A program made the position numbers and the translations under genes. From contig NZ_BCZP01000006.1 of the NCBI RefSeq assembly GCF_001598795.1, forward strand, positions 150,001-182,000: a stretch of 32,000 bases of DNA, read 5' to 3'. This document shows, in pieces, positions 6,248-15,944 of the stretch; within the stretch, counting starts at the first letter, position 1, and every line of letters begins with the position of its first letter. The stretch is from Delftia acidovorans NBRC 14950. GTDB taxonomy: Bacteria > Pseudomonadota > Gammaproteobacteria > Burkholderiales > Burkholderiaceae_C. The notes beneath the pieces are model-generated. The model had not been told where the DNA came from, ran no database searches, and was given only the letters and a program-made list of their open reading frames with translations.

Positions 6248-8515
6248 ATGCTGACCACCTTCAACCCCGCCGAACTGCCGCGCGCCCTGCAGCACATCCT
6301 GGACCGTGACGAGGCCGCTGCTGCCATCGCCGACGCGCCCACCCTTGCACAGATCCCCCGCCGCAGCTTCCTCAAGATCGCCGGTGCCGGTTCGCTGGCC
6401 CTGGGCGTGTTTCCCGCCATGGCGCAGGCGCCGGGCAAGGGCGAGGCCGCCGGCCTCAAGCCCACCGAGCAGCCCGCCTCCTTCGTGGAGATCTCGCCCA
6501 GCGGCGAAGTCACCGTGGCCATCAACCGCCTGGAATTCGGCCAGGGCGTGCACACCGCCCTGCCCCTGGTGCTGGCCGAGGAGCTGGACGCAGACTGGAG
6601 CAAGGTCCGCGCCCGCCTGGGCGGCAACGATGCGGCCTATGCCGATCCGCGCTACGGCATCCAGATGACGGGCGGCTCCACCGCCCTCAAGCACAGCTAC
6701 ACCCAGTACCGCGAGCTGGGCGCCCGTGCGCGCGCCATGCTGGTGGCCGCCGCCGCCGCGCAGTGGAAGGTGGACGCCGCCACGCTGCGCACGCGCGAGG
6801 GCTTCGTGCTCGGCCCCAATGGCAAGAAGCTGTCGTATGGCGAGCTGGCCCAGGCCGCCATGGCCCAGCCCGTGCCGGCCACCGTCGTGCTGAAGAATCC
6901 CAAGGACTTCCGGCTGATCGGCAAGCCCACGGGCCGCATCGACGCCCGGGCCAAGAGCAGCGGCCAGCAGAGCTTCGGCATCGACATGCACCTGCCGGGC
7001 CAGCTGACGGCGGTGATTGCACATCCGCCCGTGTTCAAGGCGCAGCTGGCCTCGCTGGACGACGCTGCGGCGCGTGCCGTGCCCGGCGTCAAGGCCGTGC
7101 TGCGCGTGCCCGTGGACGGTGGCGGCGAAGGCGTGGCCGTGATCGCCACCGGCTACTGGCCAGCGCGCAAGGGCCGCGAGGCGCTCAAGGCGCAATGGAA
7201 CACCGACGCCGTGGAGAAGGTGGACAGCGAACGCCAGCTGGCCCAGTACCGCGAACTGGCCGCGCAGCCCGGCGCGCGCCACTTCGACGCCGATATCTCG
7301 GCGCTGGACAAGGCGCCGCGCCATATCGAGGCCGAGTTCAGCTTCCCCTACCTGGCCCATGCGCCCATGGAGCCGCTCAACTGCACGGTGCAGATGGGCG
7401 AGACCGGCGAGGCGGGAGCCGACCTCTACCTGGGCACGCAGTTCGCGGGCGTGGACGGCATGGCCGCCGCGCGCGTGCTGGGCCTCAAGCCCGAGCAGGT
7501 GCGCGTGCACGTGCAGATGGCCGGCGGCGGCTTTGGCCGCCGGGGCGTGGGTACCAGCGACTATGTGGTCGAGGCCTGCCAGGTGGCGCTGGCCGCGCGC
7601 CGCGCCGGCCTGAACGCCCCCGTGCGCATGGTCTGGAGCCGCGAGGACGACATCAAGGGCGGCTACTACCGCCCCATGCACCTGCACCGCGCGAAGATCG
7701 GCTTCGACGAACGCGGCAAGGTGCTGGCCTGGGACCACGCCATCGTGGGCCAGTCCATCACGGCGGGCACCATGTTCGAGGGCGGCATGATCAAGAACGG
7801 CATCGACGCCACGGCCGTGGAGGGCATGCGCGAGCCCTATCCGCTGCCCATGCGCCTGACCGTGCACCACCCCAAGCTCAACGTGCCCGTACTGTGGTGG
7901 CGCAGCGTGGGATCGACCCACACGGCCTTCGTCATGGAAACGCTGATCGACGAGATCGCGCGCAGCAGCCGCCAGGACCCCGTGGCCTACCGCATGCAGA
8001 TGTTCGGCGACAAGCACCCGCGCCATCGCCTGGCCCTGCAGCTGGCCGTGGACAAGAGCGGCTACGGCAAGCGCCAGCTGCGCGCGGGCCGCGCCTGGGG
8101 CGTGGCCGTGCACGAGTCCTTCGACACGGTGGTGGCCTATGTGGTGGAGGCCTCGGTCAAGGACGGCCGCCCCGTGCTGCACAAGGCCACGGCCGGCGTG
8201 CACTGCAACCTGGCCGTGAACCCGCGCACCATCGAGGCGCAGGTGCAGGGCGCGGCGCTGATGGGCCTGTCCATGTGCCTGCCCGGCGCGGCGATCACGC
8301 TCAAGGACGGTGTGGTGGAGCAGAGCAACTTCGGCGACTTCGCCGTGCCGCGCATCACCGACATGCCCGAGATCGCCGTCCACGTCGTGCCCAGCGCCGA
8401 GCCGCCCACGGGCATGGGCGAGCCCGGCCTGCCGCCGCTGGCCCCGGCCTTCGCCAACGCCGTGGCGCAGCTCACGGGCAAGCCCGTGCGCAAGCTGCCG
8501 TTCGATCTGGCGTGA
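6248..8515 (+). CDS. Molybdopterin-binding large subunit (IorB-like, xanthine dehydrogenase family) with twin-arginine signal
   Basis: ORF 5825..8515 trimmed to the in-frame ATG at 6248, 14 nt after the iorA-like stop. The N-terminus carries a Tat motif: ..AQIPRRSFLKIAGAGSLALGVFPAMAQA. 755 aa with aldehyde oxidase/XDH family stretches (..FSFPYLAHAPMEPLNC.., ..GGGFGRR.., ..WRSVGSTHTAFVMETLIDE.., ..PTGMGEPGLPPLAPAFANAV..). Confidence 0.9.
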   Translation: MLTTFNPAELPRALQHILDRDEAAAAIADAPTLAQIPRRSFLKIAGAGSLALGVFPAMAQAPGKGEAAGLKPTEQPASFVEISPSGEVTVAINRLEFGQGVHTALPLVLAEELDADWSKVRARLGGNDAAYADPRYGIQMTGGSTALKHSYTQYRELGARARAMLVAAAAAQWKVDAATLRTREGFVLGPNGKKLSYGELAQAAMAQPVPATVVLKNPKDFRLIGKPTGRIDARAKSSGQQSFGIDMHLPGQLTAVIAHPPVFKAQLASLDDAAARAVPGVKAVLRVPVDGGGEGVAVIATGYWPARKGREALKAQWNTDAVEKVDSERQLAQYRELAAQPGARHFDADISALDKAPRHIEAEFSFPYLAHAPMEPLNCTVQMGETGEAGADLYLGTQFAGVDGMAAARVLGLKPEQVRVHVQMAGGGFGRRGVGTSDYVVEACQVALAARRAGLNAPVRMVWSREDDIKGGYYRPMHLHRAKIGFDERGKVLAWDHAIVGQSITAGTMFEGGMIKNGIDATAVEGMREPYPLPMRLTVHHPKLNVPVLWWRSVGSTHTAFVMETLIDEIARSSRQDPVAYRMQMFGDKHPRHRLALQLAVDKSGYGKRQLRAGRAWGVAVHESFDTVVAYVVEASVKDGRPVLHKATAGVHCNLAVNPRTIEAQVQGAALMGLSMCLPGAAITLKDGVVEQSNFGDFAVPRITDMPEIAVHVVPSAEPPTGMGEPGLPPLAPAFANAVAQLTGKPVRKLPFDLA

Positions 8516-8563
8516 TCGCGCTGGAGTGATCGAGCTGGCCTGAACGACCGGACCTGATCCCGA

Positions 8564-9535
8564 TCAGCCGCCGGAAAGGGCGGCGGCACCTGCGGCCGCC
8601 GCCCTTTCCAGTTCTTCCATGGTCAGCAGATAGTCCGGGCAGTCCTGCAGCCGCTGCACGGCCAGGTCGATGAAGGCACGCACGCGCCGGGGCAGCGCGT
8701 CGCGGCTGCCGTAGTAGACATGCAGGCCGATGTGCTCGCTGACATGCGCCAGCAGCACGGGCACCAGGCGCCCCGCGCGGATGTGCGCGGCCGCGCAGAT
8801 GTTGGACAGCTGGCCCAGCACCTGGCCGGCCAGCACGGCATGCAGCTCCAGCTCGGCATCGTTGGTGGACAGGGCCGGCTGCAGGTAGCGGTGCGTGAGC
8901 TCGCCATCGACCGGCAGGTACCAGGGCATCACCGTGTCCGTGGCCGCATGGCGGAACATGCTGCAGCGGTGCACGGCCAGCTCGTCCAGCGACCGGGGCA
9001 CGCCATGGCGCTGCAGGTACTGCGGCGCCGCGCAGACGATGAGCTGCACGGGAAACAGCCGCCGCCCGATCACGCTTTCATCGGGCGAGGCGCCGATGCG
9101 AAACCCCGCATCGACCCGGTCCAGCACCCAGTTGCCTATGCCGTCGTCCAGCCGCACATCGGGGACGATGCCCGGGTGCAGGCGGCAGAACTCATCGAGC
9201 AGCGGCATCAGCACGGGCGCAAAGCAGGACTTGGGGCCCACGATGCGCAACGGCCCCGCAATGCCCTCGCGGCTGTCGCGTGCCAGGTTCAGTGCGCGGT
9301 CCAGCGCGGCCAGCGCCGGCTGGGTGTCCTGCAGGAAACGCTGGCCCTCCTCGGTCAGGGCCAGGCTGCGCGTGGTCCGGTGCAGCAGGCGCACGCCCAG
9401 GTGCTGCTCCAGATGGGCCACCGCCTGGCTGGCGGCCTGGGGGCTCACGCCCTGGGACAGCGCCGCCTGGCGCAGGCTGCCCAGCTCGACCGCCTTGGCA
9501 AAGGTGGCGATGGCGCGCAGTTCATTGATGGGCAT
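8564..9535 (-). CDS. LysR-family transcriptional regulator
   Basis: 323 aa, ATG start. N-terminal wHTH: MPINELRAIATFAKAVELGSLRQAALSQGVSPQAASQAVAHLEQHLGVRLLHRTTRSLALTEEGQRF. Typical LTTR length and co-inducer domain. Confidence 0.92.
   Translation of the reverse strand: MPINELRAIATFAKAVELGSLRQAALSQGVSPQAASQAVAHLEQHLGVRLLHRTTRSLALTEEGQRFLQDTQPALAALDRALNLARDSREGIAGPLRIVGPKSCFAPVLMPLLDEFCRLHPGIVPDVRLDDGIGNWVLDRVDAGFRIGASPDESVIGRRLFPVQLIVCAAPQYLQRHGVPRSLDELAVHRCSMFRHAATDTVMPWYLPVDGELTHRYLQPALSTNDAELELHAVLAGQVLGQLSNICAAAHIRAGRLVPVLLAHVSEHIGLHVYYGSRDALPRRVRAFIDLAVQRLQDCPDYLLTMEELERAAAAGAAALSGG
8573..8609 (+). terminator. 15-bp perfect-stem hairpin; likely terminator for the iorAB-like operon, embedded in the 3' end of the convergent LysR gene
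   Basis: ggaaagggcggcggc (8573..8587), 7-nt loop acctgcg, gccgccgccctttcc (8595..8609). Followed on the plus strand by agttcttcc. Starts 58 nt after the iorB-like stop (8515) and lies inside the last about 15 codons of the minus-strand CDS 8564..9535. Confidence 0.45.
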
Positions 9536-9619
9536 GGTGCGGAAATCCGGTATTCGTGGGCTGACAGTGCCGCAGTATCCCGCCTTTGCGCATGCCCTGC
9601 CCGCGGCTTGCGGGGCAAG

Positions 9620-10510
9620 CTAGCGCCCCTGGCGCGCCAGCCACACGCCGGCTGCCGTCAAGGCCATGCCCGCCAGCGCCAGGCCGCCCAGCGTCTCGCC
9701 GAACATGGCCCAGGCGATCAGGGCCGTGGCCGGTGGCGTCAGGTAGAACAGGCTGGCCACGTGCACGGCGCCGCCGCGGCGTATCAGCAGGTTGAGCAGG
9801 CTGACCGCGCCCACGGACAGCACCAGCACCAGCCAGCCCAGCGCAAACAGGAACTCGCCGCTCCAGCGCACCTGCATGGTTTCGGTGGCCAGGGCCAGCG
9901 CCCCCGTCGCCACCAGGCAGGGCAGGTACTGGATGACCGAGCCCGTGCGCAGATCAAACGAGGGGCAGAACCGCTTCTGGTACAGCGTGCCGGCCGTGAT
10001 GCCGGCCAGCGCCACCACGGCCGGCACCAGCATGGCCAGCAGGGCATGGACCGGCACCGAGGCGATCTTGCCCGCCACCACCAGGGCCACGCCCGTGAAG
10101 CCCAGCGCCAGCCCGGCCCACTGCCGGGGCCGCACGGACTCGCCCAGCAAGGTGCCGGCCACCAGGGCCGTGATCAGCGGCTGCAGCCCCACCACCAGGG
10201 CCGTCACGCCCGAAGGCAGGCCGTGGGCGATGGCCGTGAACACGCCGGCCAGGTACACGCCATGCACGAACAGCCCTGACACGCCAATGTGCAGCCACTG
10301 CCGTACCGACCGTGGCCAGGGCGCGCGCAGCACCAGGGCCACCGCCGCCATCAGCACCAGGACGATGGCATAGCGCAGCGTCAGAAAGGTCAGCGGCTCC
10401 ACATAGGGCAGGCCGAACTTGGCGCCGATGAAGCCCGTGCTCCACAGCAGCACGAACAGCCAGGGAAGCAAGGCGGCCGCCATGGCGGGCGGCGAGGTTT
10501 TTTGGGTCAT
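9620..10510 (-). CDS. DMT-superfamily (EamA-type) transporter
   Basis: 296 aa and about 10 hydrophobic segments (..LLPWLFVLLWSTGFIGAKFGL..LTFLTLRYAIVLVLMAAVALVL..). Two-repeat EamA architecture. Start overlaps the stop of the upstream LysR gene (ATGA at 10507..10510). Confidence 0.88.
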   Translation of the reverse strand: MTQKTSPPAMAAALLPWLFVLLWSTGFIGAKFGLPYVEPLTFLTLRYAIVLVLMAAVALVLRAPWPRSVRQWLHIGVSGLFVHGVYLAGVFTAIAHGLPSGVTALVVGLQPLITALVAGTLLGESVRPRQWAGLALGFTGVALVVAGKIASVPVHALLAMLVPAVVALAGITAGTLYQKRFCPSFDLRTGSVIQYLPCLVATGALALATETMQVRWSGEFLFALGWLVLVLSVGAVSLLNLLIRRGGAVHVASLFYLTPPATALIAWAMFGETLGGLALAGMALTAAGVWLARQGR

Positions 10511-11514
10511 GGAGCGGATGCGGAAAAGGGCGGCGGCAGGGGTTGGGGCGGCGCCAGTGTGTCATGCCCCGTGCGCCAGGGGCTGCGCGTGGCAAACCAC
10601 CGCACCAGGCAGTCGCGCAGCGCCGTCATGGCCGCGCTGCTGAACGCCGCCGAGGGCAGAACGAAGTAGATGCCCGAAGCGCCATCCAGGCGCCATTGCG
10701 GCAGCACCCGCACCAGCCGGCCTGCGGCCATGTGCTCGCTCATCAGCCAGTCGCCGCCGGCCAGAATGCCCACGCCCATGACGGCGGCCGTGAGCAGGGC
10801 CTCGCTGTCATTGCTGACCATGGGGCCGCGCACCAGCACGGTGTGCCGGGCCTGGCCTTGCGGCACATCGCCCGATGCGCCACCGTGCACAAGCTCCCAT
10901 TGCGGAAACGACTGCAGCCCCGTGAAGCCCAGGCAGCGGTGCGCTGCCAGGTCCTCGGGGTGCACCGGCGTGCCGTGGGCCTGCAGATAGGCGGGCGCGG
11001 CGCCCAGGATGCGCTGGTGCCCGCCCAGCCGCAGCGCCACCAGCCGGCTGTCCGCCAGCCGGCCTATGCGCACCGCCGCGTCGAAGCGCTCGCCCACGAT
11101 GTCCACGAAGCGGTCCGCATACTCCACCTCCAGCACGATCTGCGGATGGGCCAGCGCAAACTCGGCCAGCAGCGGGCTGAGCCAGCGCCGTCCCATGGCG
11201 GCCGGCAGCGACAGCCGCAGCCGGCCCCGCGCCTGCGAGGCGCCCTGGGCCGCCTCCTTCTGGGCATCGGCGATCAGGCCGGCCGCCTGGCGCACCTTGT
11301 CCACCAGGCGCAGGCCCTCGTCGGTCAGGTGCAGATGGCGTGTGCTGCGCTCCACCAGCCGCACGCCCAGCCGGGTCTCCAGCGCGTTCAGGCGTTTGGA
11401 CAGCACGGACGGATGGCGCAGCAAGGCCCGCCCCGCCGCAGCGAAGGAGCCTTGTTCATGCAGCGCCACCAGGGCCGCCAGTTCATCGGCGTGCTGGCTG
11501 TCCAGAAGGTTCAT
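10507..11514 (-). CDS. LysR-family transcriptional regulator (embedded in an operon)
   Basis: ORF 10507..12018 trimmed to ATG 11514, which overlaps the qor stop (ATGA at 11511..11514). MNLLDSQHADELAALVALHEQGSFAAAGRALLRHPSVLSKRLNALETRLGVRLVERSTRHLHLTDEGLRL is an LTTR wHTH. 335 aa. Confidence 0.9.
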   Translation of the reverse strand: MNLLDSQHADELAALVALHEQGSFAAAGRALLRHPSVLSKRLNALETRLGVRLVERSTRHLHLTDEGLRLVDKVRQAAGLIADAQKEAAQGASQARGRLRLSLPAAMGRRWLSPLLAEFALAHPQIVLEVEYADRFVDIVGERFDAAVRIGRLADSRLVALRLGGHQRILGAAPAYLQAHGTPVHPEDLAAHRCLGFTGLQSFPQWELVHGGASGDVPQGQARHTVLVRGPMVSNDSEALLTAAVMGVGILAGGDWLMSEHMAAGRLVRVLPQWRLDGASGIYFVLPSAAFSSAAMTALRDCLVRWFATRSPWRTGHDTLAPPQPLPPPFSASAP

Positions 11515-12491
11515 GGGGTCAGGATGATCGCACCTTGGGAGCGTCCCTGCTCCAGATCGCCATGCGCCTGCGCCACCTCCGCCAGCGCATACCGGCGCCA
11601 GACGCCGGGCACGATGATGCCGGCCGCCACGGCGGCCAGCACGTCCCGTGCGCGCTCCTGGTACTCGGCCGCCGTGGCCGTGTGCGCGGCCAGCGAGGGG
11701 CGCGTGAGGAACAGCGAGCCCTTGGCATTGAGCGTGGCCACCGAAATGGGATCGGGCAGGCCGGAGGTCGTGCCGAAGGACACCAGCAGGCCGCGCGGGC
11801 GCAGGCAGTCCAGCGAGGCGCCCAGCGTCGTGCGGCCGATGGGGTCGTAGACCACATCGGCCTTCAGGCCCCCGGTGGCCTGCAGCACCTGGCCCGGCAG
11901 CGTGGCCGCATCGAACACGAAGACCTCGTCGCAGCCGGCCGCCCGCGCGCGCTCCACGCTGGCCGCCTTGGACACCACGCCGATCACCAGGGCGCCCAGG
12001 TGCCTGGCCCAGGCGCACATCAACTGGCCCAGCGCACCGGCGGCGCCATAGATCACGATTCGGCTGCCGGGGCCCACGGCATGGGTGGTCTTGAGCAGGT
12101 ACTGCGCCGTGATGCCCTTGAACAGCACGGCCGCCGCCGCGTCGTCAGGCAGCGCATCGGGTAGCTTCACCAGGCGCTCGGCCGGATACAGGCGGGCGCT
12201 GGCATAGGCGCCCAGCGGCCCCGTGGCGTAGCCCACGCGCTCGCCCACGGCCACATTCGTCACGCCCTCGCCCACGGCGGCCACCCGCCCCGCGCCCTCC
12301 AGCCCTAGGCCCGAGGGAAAGGCGATGGCGACAGCGCCCTTTCGCTGGCTCACGTCCAGCGGATTCACGCCGATGGCGGTCTGCTCCAGCCAGACCTGGC
12401 CGGGGCCGGGCGCCTGCACCTCGACCGGCTCCAGGCGCATGGCGTCGGGGGTGCCTGCGGCGTCCATGCGGACCTTGATCAATGGATTCAT
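11511..12491 (-). CDS. qor: NADPH:quinone oxidoreductase (zeta-crystallin/MDR family)
   Basis: 326 aa, ATG preceded by GGAG. Resembles E. coli QorA throughout as I recall it, e.g. ..GVNPLDVSQRKG..PSGLGLEGAGRVAAVGEGV..GERVGY..GPLGAYAS.., ..LFKGITAQYLL.., ..IYGAAGALGQL.., ..SLDCLRPRGLLVSFGTTSG..LNAKGSLFLTRPSL.. Confidence 0.9.
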   Translation of the reverse strand: MNPLIKVRMDAAGTPDAMRLEPVEVQAPGPGQVWLEQTAIGVNPLDVSQRKGAVAIAFPSGLGLEGAGRVAAVGEGVTNVAVGERVGYATGPLGAYASARLYPAERLVKLPDALPDDAAAAVLFKGITAQYLLKTTHAVGPGSRIVIYGAAGALGQLMCAWARHLGALVIGVVSKAASVERARAAGCDEVFVFDAATLPGQVLQATGGLKADVVYDPIGRTTLGASLDCLRPRGLLVSFGTTSGLPDPISVATLNAKGSLFLTRPSLAAHTATAAEYQERARDVLAAVAAGIIVPGVWRRYALAEVAQAHGDLEQGRSQGAIILTP

Positions 12492-12621
12492 CTCGCTGCT
12501 CCGTGAAATGAGTGCAGCGTAGAAGAAGCGATTGACGGCAGCAATAGGCCGGCGTGCAGTTCACTGCTGCATGGGGTGCAGCAATGACCACGAGCCAGCG
12601 CGCAGGCTGCCCACGCCCCCG

Positions 12622-13740
12622 TCAGAAGTCGTGCCGGATGCCCAGCTCGAAGGCCGTGGAGGCGCGCCCGCCAAAGTAATTGGCCGCGGCCGGATTGCCA
12701 CTGACTGCCGCACCCCCGGCAATGGCGAAGGCCGCCCCATTGCGGTTGGACATGCGGGCCGCATGCGCGTACAGCGCCGTGCGCCGCGACAGCGAGTGCA
12801 CATAGCCCAGCGCCCACAGGTCGGCATCGCTGGCGCTTTGCGCCGCCGTCGCGCCCTTCTGGTCGGCCTTGACGTAGCTGAGCTTGACCACGCCGCTGCC
12901 CACGGGAACGCTCATGCCCACCAGGGTGTTGACCGTGCGGTCCACGCCATGGACCCAGCGGCGCTGGGCCAGGCTGGCCTTGAGCCAGCCGAAGTCGTAG
13001 GAGACACCGTAGCTCTGGTCCTTGAAATGGATGCCGCTCAGGGTGTTGCGCGTGGTGAACTGCGCGCCCGCCACGTTCCAGCCCGCGCCCGCCCACCCCA
13101 GCCGAAAGCCGTTGCCGCGCGTCTGGCCTGCCGCCGTGGCGCCCTTCTCGCCCAAGGTGGCGATCAGGCTGCCGGACACGCCCTGCAGCCCGCCCAGGCC
13201 GGCCGGCAGGAAATACTCCACCGCATTGCTCACGCGCAGCGTGGGATTGGCAGCCTGCGACTCCGGCGCCGTGCCGAAGGCCTGGCCCAGCGCGCGGGAA
13301 GCCGTGAACGAGCGAAAGCCATTGGCGCTGCCGATGCCCAGCGTGGCAAACGGATCGAAGCCGCTCCACACCAGGTGCGTGGGCACCCAGTCCCGCCCCA
13401 GCCGCAGCTCGCCCCATTGCCGCGAGGCCAGGCTGACCGTGGAGCGCCGGTCCCAGAACGGGCCGCTGGTGCCCATGGCGCCGGTGTCGGCCAGCAGGCT
13501 GCCGTCCAGGTAGAAGCCCGCGCTCAGGCCATCGCCCAGGTCCTCCTGCCCCCGCAATACCAGCTTGCTGGTGGAGTTGGCGCCGCTGGCCTGCGAGGTG
13601 ACCGTTCCCAGGCCCTGGTTGCGCACCTGCCTGACGCTCACATCGACGGTGCCCGAGATCGATACCGAGGACTGCGCGCCCGCATGCGCGGCGGCCAGCC
13701 CCAGCGAGGCGGCCAGGGCCTGGCGTATGAAAACCTGCAT
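12622..13740 (-). CDS. Gram-negative general porin (Omp32/OmpC-like, Burkholderiales type)
   Basis: ORF 12622..13866 trimmed to ATG 13740, which is preceded by AAGGAGA. Signal peptide MQVFIRQALAASLGLAAAHAGAQS. Alternating beta-strand pattern and C-terminal ..STAFELGIRHDF with terminal Phe. Confidence 0.9.
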   Translation of the reverse strand: MQVFIRQALAASLGLAAAHAGAQSSVSISGTVDVSVRQVRNQGLGTVTSQASGANSTSKLVLRGQEDLGDGLSAGFYLDGSLLADTGAMGTSGPFWDRRSTVSLASRQWGELRLGRDWVPTHLVWSGFDPFATLGIGSANGFRSFTASRALGQAFGTAPESQAANPTLRVSNAVEYFLPAGLGGLQGVSGSLIATLGEKGATAAGQTRGNGFRLGWAGAGWNVAGAQFTTRNTLSGIHFKDQSYGVSYDFGWLKASLAQRRWVHGVDRTVNTLVGMSVPVGSGVVKLSYVKADQKGATAAQSASDADLWALGYVHSLSRRTALYAHAARMSNRNGAAFAIAGGAAVSGNPAAANYFGGRASTAFELGIRHDF

Positions 13741-13756
13741 GTTGTCTCCTTGTGGT

Positions 13757-13787
13757 TTTTTGCTTTGCTCTTTGCTCTTTGTTTTTC
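13757..13787 (-). repeat. A/CA-rich tandem heptamer tract in the porin upstream region
   Basis: Minus strand reads gagaaaaaCAAAGAG-CAAAGAG-CAAAG-CAAAAAAcc. On the plus strand ctctttg occurs twice perfectly (13768..13774 and 13775..13781), with degenerate flanks. It lies 17-47 nt upstream of the porin ATG. Confidence 0.6.
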
Positions 13788-13813
13788 TCGGGCGTGTGCC
13801 GGGGTCTGCCCGG

Positions 13814-14812
13814 CTACTCGGGCTTGAAGCCCGCGCCCTTGAGCAGCGCGGCGCTCTGCGCCACATCAGCGGCGATGAAGCGCTTGAACTGCTCGGTGCT
13901 CTCCGAAACCGTGTCGATGCCCAGGCTCGCGAAGGCGCCGGACCTGGCCAGCTCGGCCACCGCCGCGTTGGAGGCCTGGTTCAGCCGCTGCACCCGGTCG
14001 GCCGGCGTGTCCTTGGGCGCCCACAGTCCGTACCAGGAGGTGTAGGCGAACCGCGGCAGGCCGCTTTCCTGCATGGTGGGCACCTCGGGCGCCAGCGGGC
14101 TGCGCTTGCCGGAGGTGATGGCAATCGGCCGCACCTTGCCGGCCTTGGCCAGGGGCAGCACGGAGACCATGGAGTCGAGCAGCAGGTCCACATGGCCGCC
14201 GCCCACATCCACCAGCGCGGGCTGCGTGCCCTTGTAGGGCACGTACTCGAGGCGCATGCGGCCCTGCTGGGCCAGCAGCAGCGTGGCCAGGTGGCTGGGT
14301 GCGCCCACGGCGGGAATGGCCGCCGTCCACGTGCTCTTGGCGCCTGCGGCCAGCACCTCGCCCAGCTTGCTGTGGGGCAGCTGCGGCGAGATCACCAGCA
14401 TCAGCGGCGCCTCGCCCACGCGCGCCACGGGGACAAAGTCGGTCTGCGGGTCATAGGGCGGATGGGCCAGCACCTGCTTGGCCAGCACATGCGTGGCGGC
14501 CGAGAACAGCAGGGTGTAGCCATCCGGGGCAGCCGCCAGCACCGCACGGCCCCCCACCACGCCGCTGCCGCCCACGCGGTTCTCGACGATGACCGTCGTG
14601 CCCAGCTGCTTGCGCAACTGCTCGGCGAACAGGCGCGCGGCGCTGTCCACGCCGCCGCCCGCCACGAACGGGACGATGACCTTGACCATCTTGCCCGGCT
14701 CAGGGAAGGCGGCGGGCGCACTGGACGAGGCCATGCTGGCGATGGGCAAGGCAGCCAGCGCACCCAGTAAGGCGCCCAGCACCGGCCCCTTCAGCCGTGT
14801 CAGAGTTTTCAT
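13814..14812 (-). CDS. Bug-family (TctC-like) tripartite tricarboxylate transporter substrate-binding protein
   Basis: 332 aa, ATG preceded by AGGAGA. Signal peptide ..LGALLGALAALPIASMA, then the typical Bug core ..VKVIVPFVAGGGVDSAARLFAEQLRKQLGTTVIVENRVGGSGVVGG..APDGYTLLF.. No tctA/tctB membrane genes in the window. Confidence 0.9.
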   Translation of the reverse strand: MKTLTRLKGPVLGALLGALAALPIASMASSSAPAAFPEPGKMVKVIVPFVAGGGVDSAARLFAEQLRKQLGTTVIVENRVGGSGVVGGRAVLAAAPDGYTLLFSAATHVLAKQVLAHPPYDPQTDFVPVARVGEAPLMLVISPQLPHSKLGEVLAAGAKSTWTAAIPAVGAPSHLATLLLAQQGRMRLEYVPYKGTQPALVDVGGGHVDLLLDSMVSVLPLAKAGKVRPIAITSGKRSPLAPEVPTMQESGLPRFAYTSWYGLWAPKDTPADRVQRLNQASNAAVAELARSGAFASLGIDTVSESTEQFKRFIAADVAQSAALLKGAGFKPE

Positions 14813-14858
14813 GCTTTGTCTCCTGTTTCTTTTGAAAATGGGCCGGCCGTTGCGTGGC

Positions 14859-15940
<1,082 letters not shown>

Positions 15941-15944
<4 letters not shown>

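Noticed and set aside
9590-9619. Hairpin gcttgc-ccc-gcaagc after the eamA stop, as a Rho-independent terminator.
   Set aside because: Only a 6-bp stem with a 3-nt loop, and no U-run follows on the minus strand. That is too weak to list as a feature.
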